Assembly: GCA_012103255.1 (NCBI GenBank)
Contig: WLXD01000004.1
Location: 398,460-462,459, forward strand
Length of the DNA: 64,000 nt
Source: Acidobacteriota bacterium
Lineage (GTDB): Bacteria; Acidobacteriota; UBA890; WLXD01
Direction of reading: 5' to 3'
The position numbers and the translations under genes are program-made. The notes below the pieces were generated by a model, which worked only from the letters and a program-made list of their open reading frames with translations, made no database searches and was not told where the DNA came from. Below, piece by piece: positions 37,680-47,464 of the stretch; position 1 is the first letter of the stretch, and every line of letters begins with the position of its first letter.

Positions 37680-40600
37680 CTACGCGCGGTGACTCGTGTC
37701 CCCGCCGAGAACTGACGGAGCGCAGCACGCAAACCCCGCAGCGAGGATGAGTCCTGATAGGACGTTCATCCACAGGAACTGTCCGCCCACGACAACGTCG
37801 GCGCCGATTCCGGCCACGAGCGTCAGCCCGGCAGATCCGATCAGGGCCCAGAACACCCACGCGACGCCTCGTGCCAAGCCACGCCAGACCGCGACCAGAA
37901 ACAACGAGGCGTACGCCACATTGAGCCCATTCGCGAAGACGCCTATGGAGTTGGCCCCGGCGAGCGCGTCGGGCGCGAGGGCCGCCACCTCTTCCGGCGT
38001 CAGCAGCGCGTACAGGCCGGGAGCGTTCAGGTCGCCCTGAAGAATCGAGAACACAATCCACGCGGAAGGCAGGAGGTTCAGCAGTGCCCAGGCACTGAGC
38101 ACGATGCATCCGGCTTTGAGCATGAGACTCCGCGATGGAGGAATGCGCCGGGCGCGATTCGGCGCCGCGGTGAACGCATTACAGCACCGCGACAAACACG
38201 CCGCAACGGTGACCCCGGCGACCGAGGCGCTGCGCAGCGCCTCGGTTGGGTCGACTGAGGCCGCGCGCCGTGCAGGCTGGAGGCTCGCGATCAGAGCGGC
38301 ACCCCCGAGCAACAGCATCACTCCTGCGAGCAGAACCGGTTCTCGCGCACTCACGCCGTAGAGCACACCCGACAGGAAACGCGTCACGCCCCAGGCGCCG
38401 ATTCCACCAAGTACGACACCGACCAACGCCATCCGTAGACCAGAGCCAAGCACCTCGCGGATCACGTCAATGCCACGTGCTCCCAGCGCCAGGCGGACAC
38501 CCATCTCACGCGTCCTCTGCGCCGCCATGTGAGCGATCACGGCGTACACGCCGAAGATCGCCAGGACGAGTGCGATACCGCCAAAGACCCCGAACGAGAT
38601 CCCCATGAAGCCCTCGCCCCACGAGTTGACCACGCGCCGCTCCGTCATCGTCATGATGTCGTAAGGCGCCTGACCGGCATCAATCGAGCGCATGACCTCG
38701 CGCGCCGGGTCAAGCAGCTGCGCGGGCGGTACCGTGCCCCGAACAAGCAAGGCCATCGAACGCGACGAGCCGAACGTGTAGGGGATGTGCAGCTGCAATC
38801 GAGCGGCCGCCGTGTCTTCTCCGAACTCCTCGTACTGCATGTCCGGTACGACGCCGATGACGTCGTAGGTATTGCCGCTTCCCGCGATGACAATCTGCTC
38901 GCCCACTGCGGCGCGCCCCGGCCACAACCGCGCCGCAAGGGTCGCCCCAATAATCGTCACGCCGCGGTCGCCGGCGGCAGACTCATCGGTGCTGAAATCG
39001 CGGCCTTCGAGAAAATCAACATCGATCGTGTCGAAGAAACCCGCCGTTGAGGCGACTGCAGTGACGTACAGCGGCCGATCGTCGGTGTATTCGCTCCCCG
39101 CCGGAATGATCCCGACGTCTGAACCGCCGTCATCCGCAGGGATGGCGCTCGTAGCCGCCGCCGCGGCGACGCCAGGCAGATCACTCAGATCTTTGCGCAA
39201 CCGATCGAAGAACGAATTGCGTGCCGACGGATCGTCATACTCATCGCCAGAGAGTCCGACCCGAAAGGACAGCAGTGGCTCGTAGTCGAACCCCGGATCG
39301 GCACTTCGGATGTTCTGGAAACTACGGACGGTGAGAGTTGCGCCCACCAGCAAGATGACGGCCAGAGCCAGCTGACCGGCAACGAGCGCGTTTCTGAGAA
39401 GCCCGCCGCTCGCCGAGACCGTGCGGGTAGCGGAGGCCCGCAGGTCGGCGCCAAGTTGGCGACCCGCGATGCGAAACGCGGGCACGACCCCGAACAGCAC
39501 CGCTGTGAACATTGAGATCAGGACGGTGTAGCCAAACGTTGTGGCGTCCAGCGCGATCTCGACCCAGTACGGCATGTCGACCGGTATCAGAGCGCCCAGG
39601 CTCGCCAGCCAGACCCACGCCACAACGAGGCCAAGCGTACCGCCGGCCAACCCGAGCACAACGCTCTCGGTAATCAGCTGACGAACCAGGCGAACCCGAC
39701 TGCCGCCGAGCGCAGCTCGCAGCACGAACTCCTGAACTCGCCCGGGTGCGCGGGATAACTGGATGTTGGCGACGTTGGCACAGGCCAGAAGTAAGACGAG
39801 CCCAACCGCCGCGAACATCGTGTACAGCATCCGGTCGGCGGTCTCGCCCAGCAATCCGCGACGCAGATCCATGCCGCGCAGAGTCCAGCCAGTGTGCGTA
39901 TCGGGCCAGACCTCGGCCGCGTCGGCGGCGATCCCGCGCAACTGTGATTGCGCTGCACCGAGCGTTGCACCTGGCGCAAGGCGAGCGACCGCGCGGACAT
40001 AGCGGCGCTGATGATCCGTCGGATCGGTGGGCGTGTGCGGCAGCCACATGTCCTGAGTCAACGGAAAGCGGAACCCGGCCGGCATCACGCCCACAACCGC
40101 CACCTCGCGGCCGTTGACAAGGATGGTCTCGCCAATGACGTCGCCAGACCTGGCGAACATCCGTTCCCAGAGAGCGTCGCTGATGATCACCGTCGACTCG
40201 AATCCGTACGCCGCTCCCTGGCTGCCGTCGAATAGCCTGCCGAGCTGAGGCTCAATCCCGAACGAATCGAACAAGTCGGGCGTTACCGAAGCGCCGAAGA
40301 CGCGCTCCGGGAATTCCTGTCCGGCCACGGTGAAGCTGCGCTCGTCGTACGCACCCACCGCGTCGAACACCGACAACCCGGTCATCCGATCGATGTCCGC
40401 CCAGGTCACGCCCGCGTCGCCGTCTCCCCGATCGGGATTCCACGCATCAACGAACACCAATCGGTGTCCTTCCGCGACCGGCAACGGTCGGTGTAGGAAG
40501 CCGTAAACGATGCTGAAGTTGGCCGCATTTGCGCCGATGCCCAGCCCGAGCGAGAGGATTGCGGCGGCGGTAGTCAACGGGTGCCGCTTGAGCATGCGCC

Positions 40601-40880
40601 ACCCGTAGCGGAGGTCCTGAAGAATGGTGTCAAACCAGCTCGCGCCATCGCGTGCCGGAGGCGCGCCGCGCAGAATGTCCTGGCCGGTGCGCGCGATCGC
40701 GGCGGCATTCCCAAACGAACGCTCGGCGGCCTGCCGGGCGGCCTCGGGCTTCATCCCGGCCGACTCGTTGGCCCGGGCGCGCATCTCGATGTGGAAACGC
40801 AGTTCCTCGTCGATCTCGCGACGGAGTGGATCGGACTCGGAACGACTCGCGCGGGCCTTGAAACGCGACAACAAGTTCAT
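37680..40880 (-). CDS. ADOP-family duplicated FtsX permease with N-terminal prefix domain, carrying an unusual extra C-terminal membrane extension of about 190 aa (possible fusion or read-through into a downstream small-membrane-protein gene)
   Basis: Canonical ADOP body ends at ...ASVDPTEALRS around 38250 but the frame stays open for another roughly 190 codons of hydrophobic sequence. An in-frame ATG (MLKAGCIVLSAWALL...) lies at about 38122. Confidence 0.7.
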   Translation of the reverse strand: MNLLSRFKARASRSESDPLRREIDEELRFHIEMRARANESAGMKPEAARQAAERSFGNAAAIARTGQDILRGAPPARDGASWFDTILQDLRYGWRMLKRHPLTTAAAILSLGLGIGANAANFSIVYGFLHRPLPVAEGHRLVFVDAWNPDRGDGDAGVTWADIDRMTGLSVFDAVGAYDERSFTVAGQEFPERVFGASVTPDLFDSFGIEPQLGRLFDGSQGAAYGFESTVIISDALWERMFARSGDVIGETILVNGREVAVVGVMPAGFRFPLTQDMWLPHTPTDPTDHQRRYVRAVARLAPGATLGAAQSQLRGIAADAAEVWPDTHTGWTLRGMDLRRGLLGETADRMLYTMFAAVGLVLLLACANVANIQLSRAPGRVQEFVLRAALGGSRVRLVRQLITESVVLGLAGGTLGLVVAWVWLASLGALIPVDMPYWVEIALDATTFGYTVLISMFTAVLFGVVPAFRIAGRQLGADLRASATRTVSASGGLLRNALVAGQLALAVILLVGATLTVRSFQNIRSADPGFDYEPLLSFRVGLSGDEYDDPSARNSFFDRLRKDLSDLPGVAAAAATSAIPADDGGSDVGIIPAGSEYTDDRPLYVTAVASTAGFFDTIDVDFLEGRDFSTDESAAGDRGVTIIGATLAARLWPGRAAVGEQIVIAGSGNTYDVIGVVPDMQYEEFGEDTAAARLQLHIPYTFGSSRSMALLVRGTVPPAQLLDPAREVMRSIDAGQAPYDIMTMTERRVVNSWGEGFMGISFGVFGGIALVLAIFGVYAVIAHMAAQRTREMGVRLALGARGIDVIREVLGSGLRMALVGVVLGGIGAWGVTRFLSGVLYGVSAREPVLLAGVMLLLGGAALIASLQPARRAASVDPTEALRSASVAGVTVAACLSRCCNAFTAAPNRARRIPPSRSLMLKAGCIVLSAWALLNLLPSAWIVFSILQGDLNAPGLYALLTPEEVAALAPDALAGANSIGVFANGLNVAYASLFLVAVWRGLARGVAWVFWALIGSAGLTLVAGIGADVVVGGQFLWMNVLSGLILAAGFACCAPSVLGGDTSHRA

Positions 40881-40886
40881 GTCGCC

Positions 40887-41231
40887 CTACGCCGTATCCA
40901 TCACGCGACCGACCGCCTGACTGAAACGATCCCACCGCGCGCTTGCGGCCCCGAGCTGCTGGCGTCCTTCGTCCGTGAGGGCGTAGAACTTCGCACGGCG
41001 ATTGTTCTCGCTCCTTCCCCATTCGGCGGCGATCCAACCGCGACGCTGCATCCGATACAACGCTGGATACATCGAGCCTTCATCCACGGCCAGCACCTCT
41101 TCGGAGCGCGCCCGGAGAGCTTCGGTAATTCCGAAGCCGTGCATGGCGCCCTCGTCGAGAGTTCGCAGGATCAGCATCTCGAGAGCCCCGCGCAACAGGT
41201 CGCCGCGTTCGCTCGTTTCTTTGTCGTTCAT
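40887..41231 (-). CDS. PadR family transcriptional regulator
   Basis: LEMLILRTLDEGAMHGFGITEAL...MYPALYRMQRRGWI PadR signature. 6 nt upstream of the ADOP gene on the same strand. Confidence 0.85.
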   Translation of the reverse strand: MNDKETSERGDLLRGALEMLILRTLDEGAMHGFGITEALRARSEEVLAVDEGSMYPALYRMQRRGWIAAEWGRSENNRRAKFYALTDEGRQQLGAASARWDRFSQAVGRVMDTA

Positions 41232-41243
41232 CTTGCCTACCTC

Positions 41244-41299
41244 GTTCCCTTGGCTTGTCTAGGGAACGATAAGTCCCCTTCCTTAGACAGTCAAGGGGA
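41244..41299. promoter_or_regulatory. Cluster of overlapping inverted repeats (GTTCCCT-N10-AGGGAAC; TCCCCTT-N12-AAGGGGA; GTCTAGGGAA-N12-TTCCTTAGAC) in the divergent region between PadR (-) and an ADOP gene (+); candidate PadR operators
   Basis: Read directly from the sequence. Confidence 0.4.
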
Positions 41300-41397
41300 A
41301 TGGTTAGGGCTCCCTTTCGTGCGACGCGAAACATCGCGATGCTGCCGCCGTATTGCCCAGGACGGCCATCGACCCGCTTCCGACCGAGGACCTGCTC

Positions 41398-43874
41398 ATG
41401 GACACCCTGCTCCGCGATCTTCAGTACGCCTTCCGCACGCTGCGGAACTCCCCGGGCTTTACCGCGGTCGCAGTGTTGACGCTGGCTCTCGGAATCGGGG
41501 TCAACGCCACGATCTTCAGCATCGTGAACGCGGTCCTTCTCAAGCCACTGCCGGTGAGCAACCCGGCCGAACTCGTCGACATCTACAGCCAGCCGTCGAA
41601 CTTCCCCGACGAATACGGGACGACGTCGTGGCTGGACTACATGGAGTACCGCGAACAGTCCGAATCTCTCTCGGACATCGTCGCGTACACGAATTTCTTC
41701 GGGAGCTTCGCGCGCGAGGGCCGCTCGGAGCTGGTCGTCGGCGAGATCGTCTCAGACAACTATTTCGACGGGCTGGGCGTGCCTCCGGAACTCGGCAGAA
41801 CGTTCCGCCACGAGGAATTTGAGACACAGCAGACGCATCCGGTGACGGTGCTCAGCCATGGCTTCTGGCAGAGCCGCTTCGGGGTGGTGACGCCGACGTG
41901 GTCGGCCAGTCCATGAAACTGAACGGCGTGGACTACACCGTCATCGGTGTGGCGCCGGCCAGCTTCAATGGGATGCTGCCGGCAGTGCGTGCGCAGATGT
42001 GGGTCCCGGCGATGATGGTCGAGGACGTTGAGCCGCTCGGCAACCAACGCTACACGGGCGGCACGGGCGCAAATCGGATCGAACGTCGCGGGCAGCGCTG
42101 GCTCTGGATGCGCGGTCGACGGGCGCCCGGGATCGAGCCGGAGCAGGTGCAAGCTGATCTCGATGGGATCTCGGCGCGACTGCGCGAGGAATACCCTGAC
42201 TCCAACGAACTCGAACAACTCGTCGTTCGCGAGACAAGCGGGATCGTGATCAACCCAGGCTTCGACGGCATCCTGTCGGGAGCGGGCGCCCTGATTCTCG
42301 GCGTCGTGTCGTTGGTACTTCTCGTCGCTTGCGCCAATCTGGCCAACATGTTGCTCGCACGGGCAGCCGCGCGAAAACGCGAGATCGCGATTCGGCTGGC
42401 CATCGGCGCGGGCCGCAGTCGCCTGCTGCGCCAGATGCTCACCGAGAGTTTGACTCTGGCCATTGCTGGCGGCGCCGCGGGCTTGCTCCTGGCGACCTGG
42501 TTGATCCAGCTCATCGCGGCGTACCAGCCGCCATTGCCGATTGCCATCGACGCCGACTTCAGCCTCGACTGGCGCGTGTTCGCCTTCACGATGCTCGCCT
42601 CGGCGGTCACCGGAATCGCATTCGGGTTGGTACCTGCCCTCCGTTCCTCACGCCCGGATCTCGTCCCGGCGCTGAAGGACGCCAGCGGTGCCGACCTCGA
42701 CGGCCGCGGCCTCACCCTCCGCGACGTCCTCGTCGTCGTTCAGGTGTCCGTCTCGATCGTGCTTCTCGTCGCGGGCGCACTGCTCGTGCGCAGCCTAGGC
42801 GCAGCGCAGCAAATCGATCTCGGCTACGACATGAACCGCATCAACTTCGTCAGCATCGCCATGGAGATGAACGGCTACGACGAGGCCAACAGCGAAGCCT
42901 TCTTCTCTGAATCCAAGGCGCGGCTGGAAGCGCTGCCCGGTGTCGAGGGCGTGACTCTGATGTCTCGCGTGCCGCTATCGGTCAACGACAACAACTGGGG
43001 CGTCGTGCTCGACGGGCACCAGACATCATCAGCCGACACGCCGTACCTCACGGGCGGTGCATCGGTGGACGAGCACTACTTCGACACGCTCGGCCTCGAG
43101 ATTCTGAATGGCCGCGGAGTGGAAACCACCGACGCAATCGACCAGACACGGGTTGTCGTGGTGACCCAGGCCTTCGCGAGCCGCTACTTCGACGGCGGTA
43201 ACGCTGTTGGCGAGCAATTGCGCACAGGGTGGGAAGCGGAGCCCTACGAGATCGTTGGCGTCGTGGAGGACTATCGGGTCAACACCCCGGGCGAGGAGCC
43301 CACCCCGTACCTGCACTTTCCGCTCCGTCGCAACACGGTGTTCGGCAACTTCATGGTGCGAACGACGGCCGCCGCCGAAACGCAAACGCTCGCGATCGAG
43401 CGAGAGATTCGTGGGATCGACCCGCAGATCGTTTTCCTCGACGCCGGGCCGATGACGAAGCTGGCCGAGACTCGACTCTTTGCAGTGAAGCTGGGCGCCT
43501 GGCTGATTGGCGCCTTCGGCGCGCTGGCGTTGCTGCTGGCGGCGGTCGGCCTCTACGGAGTTATCGGCTACTCGGTGAGCCGGCGCACCCGCGAGATCGG
43601 GATCCGAATGGCGCTGGGTGCAGAGAAGGGACGCGTCGTCTCGCTCATCCTGAAGCAGGGGCTCACCCTGGTTCTGGTGGGCGGTGCTGTTGGTGCCGCA
43701 CTCGCAGGCCTCACCGGCCGCTTCCTGTCGAGCGTCCTCTACGTAAGCCCGCTCGATCCCGTTGCGTTCGCGATGGCCCTCGGAGTTCTTGTCGCGGTCG
43801 CCGCCTTTGCCAACTGGGTACCCGCAAGGCGAGCAGCGAAGGTCGACCCGATGATTTCGCTACGCGGCGAGTAG
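41398..43874 (+). pseudogene. ADOP-family duplicated FtsX permease without the N-terminal prefix, interrupted by a -1 frameshift at about 41880-41900 (G-run); pseudogene or sequencing error
   Basis: ORFs 41353..41916 and 41898..43874 together read ...[12 protein letters not shown]|[23 protein letters not shown]..., the conserved ADOP junction, once a one-base shift is applied in cgcttcggggtggtgacgcc. Confidence 0.6.
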
Positions 43875-43888
43875 CCGGGCTCGAGAGC

Positions 43889-45421
43889 TCAGATCTCTTT
43901 CAGCGCGGCGCGGCTGATCTTGCCGAGGTGTGTGCGCGGGAACTCGTCGAGAAACTCGATGAGGCGAGGGGCCTTGTAGAACTCGAGTGTCTCGGCGACG
44001 TGTTGGCGCAACTCGTCAGCGAGCGCGTCGCTGGGTTCGGCGTCTTCCGCGAGAACGGCGAAGGCCTTCGGTTTGACCAATCCATCGAGAGTCACTCCCA
44101 CCACGGCGACCTCGCGCACAGCATCGTGCTGCAGAAGGCAGTTCTCGACCTCACTGGGCGCAAACCACTTGCCCGACACCTTGAGCATGTCATCGCCGCG
44201 GCCGCAGTAGACGAACGCGCCGTCCGCGTCCCGCATGACCATGTCACCCGAGACGTACCAGTCGCCCCGGAAGGCGTCCATGGTGCGCTCCATCTTCTGC
44301 CAGTAGCCGATGGCACGGGAATTTCCACGCACCCATAGCGTGCCGATCTCGCCGTCGGCCAGGTCGTTGCCGTCGTCGTCGCGCACGCGCACATCAAACC
44401 CAGGCACCTCCCATCCGAGCGTTCCCGGCTTCACACGGTCCGGAGTGTTGCTCACGAAGATGTGCCACTGCTCGGCCGTGCCAAGTCCGTCGAGCAGCTC
44501 AACTCCGTACGTCGCCTTCCAACGGTCGTAGAGCTCCACCGGCAGCGCCTCACCGGCCGAGGTGGCGAAGCGAAGACTCGAAAGGTCACGACCGGCAGCG
44601 GTTTCGTCGGCGAGCATCTTGTTCACTAGCGTCGGGACGTTGATCAAGATCGTGGGGCGGTGCCGCTCGATCTGATCGCAGAGCACCTCGGGCGTACAAC
44701 GTCCCCCGTAGAGCACAGCACTGCCGCCGACCGACAACGGAAAGAGCAGGTTGCTCCCGGTGGCGTAGCCGAAGAAGAGCTTTGGTACCGAAATCGTAAT
44801 GTCGGCCTCGGTGTAGCCCAGCGCATTCTGTGCGTAGAGGACCGTCGTGTTCACGAAGGAGTTGTGGCTTTGCACGACGGCCTTCGGCTTGCCGGTCGTG
44901 CCTCCCGAGAACAGCCAGATTGCAGCGTCGTCTCGATGACTCGGAAACGTCTCGAATTCGGCGCCAGCAGATCCGCGGCTGCTCTCGAAGTCGCCGCTGC
45001 CGACCACCAGGAGCTCCTCGAGGTGCGGCACGTTCGCCGCGGCCGCACGGAAAGCAGGTTCCGCTTCCGCATCGACAACCGCCGCTGCGGCCCGCGTGTA
45101 TCCGAGGAAGTACTCGATCGCTTCCCGTTTCAGCTGCGGGTTAACCATCACCACGACCGCCCCGGCCTTGAGGATGCCGAAGAAGGTCGCGACCCAGTCC
45201 ACCGAATCGTCCATCGCGATGACAACGCGCTGTTCGGGCTTCACCCCCGCATCGCGCAACACGTTCGCCATCCGATTCGCCGCGACATCGAGGTCAGCGT
45301 AGGACGTCGTGCCAGCGTCGGTGCGTAGCGCCACGCGATCGCCTCTGCCTTCGCGGATATGCCGGGTGACGCACCAGTCGGCGAGATTGAGGCCTTCGGG
45401 AATTTCTACGGAGTTGCTCAT
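43889..45421 (-). CDS. Benzoate-CoA ligase family AMP-forming aryl-CoA ligase; candidate 2-aminobenzoate (anthranilate)-CoA ligase
   Basis: LFSGGTTGKPKAVVQSH ... FFGYATGSNLLFPL ... GWEVPGF...DGDMV... pattern of the BadA/BclA/AbmG family. Start MSNSVEIPEG at 45421, with an alternative GTG at 45592. Confidence 0.7.
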   Translation of the reverse strand: MSNSVEIPEGLNLADWCVTRHIREGRGDRVALRTDAGTTSYADLDVAANRMANVLRDAGVKPEQRVVIAMDDSVDWVATFFGILKAGAVVVMVNPQLKREAIEYFLGYTRAAAAVVDAEAEPAFRAAAANVPHLEELLVVGSGDFESSRGSAGAEFETFPSHRDDAAIWLFSGGTTGKPKAVVQSHNSFVNTTVLYAQNALGYTEADITISVPKLFFGYATGSNLLFPLSVGGSAVLYGGRCTPEVLCDQIERHRPTILINVPTLVNKMLADETAAGRDLSSLRFATSAGEALPVELYDRWKATYGVELLDGLGTAEQWHIFVSNTPDRVKPGTLGWEVPGFDVRVRDDDGNDLADGEIGTLWVRGNSRAIGYWQKMERTMDAFRGDWYVSGDMVMRDADGAFVYCGRGDDMLKVSGKWFAPSEVENCLLQHDAVREVAVVGVTLDGLVKPKAFAVLAEDAEPSDALADELRQHVAETLEFYKAPRLIEFLDEFPRTHLGKISRAALKEI

Positions 45422-45481
45422 GGGTCGGGAAGATACGGCCGCGCACGCCGGGGTGGCAAGCGCGGACCTATAATCGGCGCC

Positions 45482-46246
45482 ATGTCGATCAAACACTTTG
45501 ACGAGATGACGTGGCCCGAAGTCGAGGCGCTCGACCGTGAGCGCGTCATACCGCTCCTCCCTACCGGCGCCATCGAGGCACACGGTCCGCACCTGCCGCT
45601 CAACACCGATGTGATCATCGCGCAGGCGATGGTGGAGTCCGCCGCGGAGCTGCTCTTACATGACGGGCTGCAACCGCTCATCATGCCGGCAATCAGCTAC
45701 ACCGCCGCTGGTTTCGCCAGCTCCTTCGCCGGAACCATCTCGCCCACGCCGGGTGCCGTACGTGGCGCCATCGTGGGCATCGGTCGGAGTCTGGGACGCC
45801 ACGGTTTCCCGCGGCTCGCGGTGGCCAACTCCCACCTCGACCCCCTCCACCTCGCGTCGATCCGGGCGGCGATCGACGTACTGGACGACGCCATCGAGGT
45901 GATCTTCCCGAATATCACCAAGAAGCCGTGGGCGTTGCGTCTCAGCGATGAATTCAAGAGTGGCGCATGCCACGCCGGGCAATACGAGACATCCGTCGTG
46001 ATGGCTGCGCGGCCGGATCTGGTGCGCGAAGATAAGCGCACCGACCTGGAGCCCGTGCCGATTTCGATCTCGGAAGCCATCCAGGCTGGCAAAACGTCGT
46101 TTGTGGCGGCCGGAGGCGATCAGGCTTACTTCGGCTATCCAGCCGAAGCGAGTGCGGAAGAAGGAGCGGCGACCGTGAAGATACTTGGCGAGATCCTGCG
46201 AGACGCAGTGAAGGAAGCGCTGGAGCCCGGGGCACCGGAAGCATGA
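45482..46246 (+). CDS. Creatininase/ArfB-family amidohydrolase; candidate N-formylkynurenine formamidase
   Basis: HFDEMTWPEVEALDRERVIPLLPTGAIEAHGPHLPLNTD ... ANSHLDP ... HAGQYETS, the creatininase-family metal-binding motifs. A TATAAT hexamer lies 8 nt upstream of the ATG. Confidence 0.7.
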   Translation: MSIKHFDEMTWPEVEALDRERVIPLLPTGAIEAHGPHLPLNTDVIIAQAMVESAAELLLHDGLQPLIMPAISYTAAGFASSFAGTISPTPGAVRGAIVGIGRSLGRHGFPRLAVANSHLDPLHLASIRAAIDVLDDAIEVIFPNITKKPWALRLSDEFKSGACHAGQYETSVVMAARPDLVREDKRTDLEPVPISISEAIQAGKTSFVAAGGDQAYFGYPAEASAEEGAATVKILGEILRDAVKEALEPGAPEA

Positions 46247-47028
46247 CGGCCCGACCGCTCGCTGGACGCCGCGCGGTGATTACCGGTGGCGCACGCGGCA
46301 TCGGCGCCGCAATCACCCGCGCCCTGGCAGCCGACGGCGCAGACGTCCTCGCGTGCGGCCGCAACGAGGATGCGCTGCGCGAACTGGCCGACTCCCTCGA
46401 GGGCGCCGGGGTCGAGGTACACACCGCGACATGCGATGTCGCTGATCCCGACAGCATCACAATGATGGCCACGCTGGCCGGCGAACATCTCGGACACGTG
46501 GACATCCTGGTCAACAACGCGGGCTGCGCACACTCGGCGCCCTTGCATCATCAGACTCTCGAGGACTGGAACCGGCTGTTCGCAGTCAATGCGACCGGCA
46601 CCTTCCTCTGCACGAAGGCCTTCGCTCCGGCAATGGCGCAGCAGGGGTGGGGGCGAGTGATCAACATTGCGTCGGTGGCGGCGCGCACAGGGCTTCGCTA
46701 CGTGTCCGCATACTCCGCGGCTAAACACGCGGTGATGGGTTTCACCCGCTCCATCGCAGCCGAGATGGCCGACCGTGGCGTAACTGCCAACGCGATCTGC
46801 CCGGGCTATGTGGACACCGACATGACTGAACAGACCCTTGCGCGCATCGTCGAGAAGACCGGCATGAGCAGGGACGAGGCGTTGGCTTCGATTCTTCAGA
46901 CCACCCCGCAACGACGGCTGATCACCCCGGAGGAGGTCGCTCATATCGCGGCCATGCTCTGCGGCGAGAACGCGCGCGGCATCAACGGCCAGGCCATCGG
47001 TATGGACGGCGGAGAGTTCCTGGGATGA
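46243..47028 (+). CDS. SDR family oxidoreductase
   Basis: ITGGARGIGAAI, NNAG, YSAAKHA motifs. Confidence 0.85.
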   Translation: MTARPLAGRRAVITGGARGIGAAITRALAADGADVLACGRNEDALRELADSLEGAGVEVHTATCDVADPDSITMMATLAGEHLGHVDILVNNAGCAHSAPLHHQTLEDWNRLFAVNATGTFLCTKAFAPAMAQQGWGRVINIASVAARTGLRYVSAYSAAKHAVMGFTRSIAAEMADRGVTANAICPGYVDTDMTEQTLARIVEKTGMSRDEALASILQTTPQRRLITPEEVAHIAAMLCGENARGINGQAIGMDGGEFLG

Positions 47029-47462
47029 CCTACGAGATCTTCAACCCCGAGCAACTTGGTCCCGCCAAGGGCTGGAACAACGCGATGCTAGCTCCCGCTG
47101 GCGGCCGCGTGCTCTTCATCGCGGGTCAGACGGCTCGAGCCGCCGACGGTCAGGTGCCCGACGTCGGCTTCGTCGAACAGTTCGCGCTGGCGTTGGACAA
47201 CGTGATGGCTGCCCTGGAGGCGGCGGGTGGAAAGCCGGAACATGTGGGTCGCATGACGGTATTCGTCACGGACGTCGGGGCCTACAGGGAAAGCCTCAAA
47301 GAACTTGGCGACGTGTGGCGACCTCGGATGGGGCGCAATTACCCCGCAATGGCCCTGCTCGGCGTGACCGAACTCGTGGACCACAACGCCATGGTGGAGA
47401 TCGAAACGACGGCTGTGATTCCCCCGACCATGCACGCCGATGACGCGCCCGTGATGGCCTGA
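47025..47462 (+). CDS. RidA/YjgF/TdcF family enamine/imine deaminase
   Basis: About 145 aa with RidA fold pattern (…AGQTA…DGQVPDV…FVTD…). Confidence 0.7.
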   Translation: MTYEIFNPEQLGPAKGWNNAMLAPAGGRVLFIAGQTARAADGQVPDVGFVEQFALALDNVMAALEAAGGKPEHVGRMTVFVTDVGAYRESLKELGDVWRPRMGRNYPAMALLGVTELVDHNAMVEIETTAVIPPTMHADDAPVMA

Positions 47463-47464
47463 CG

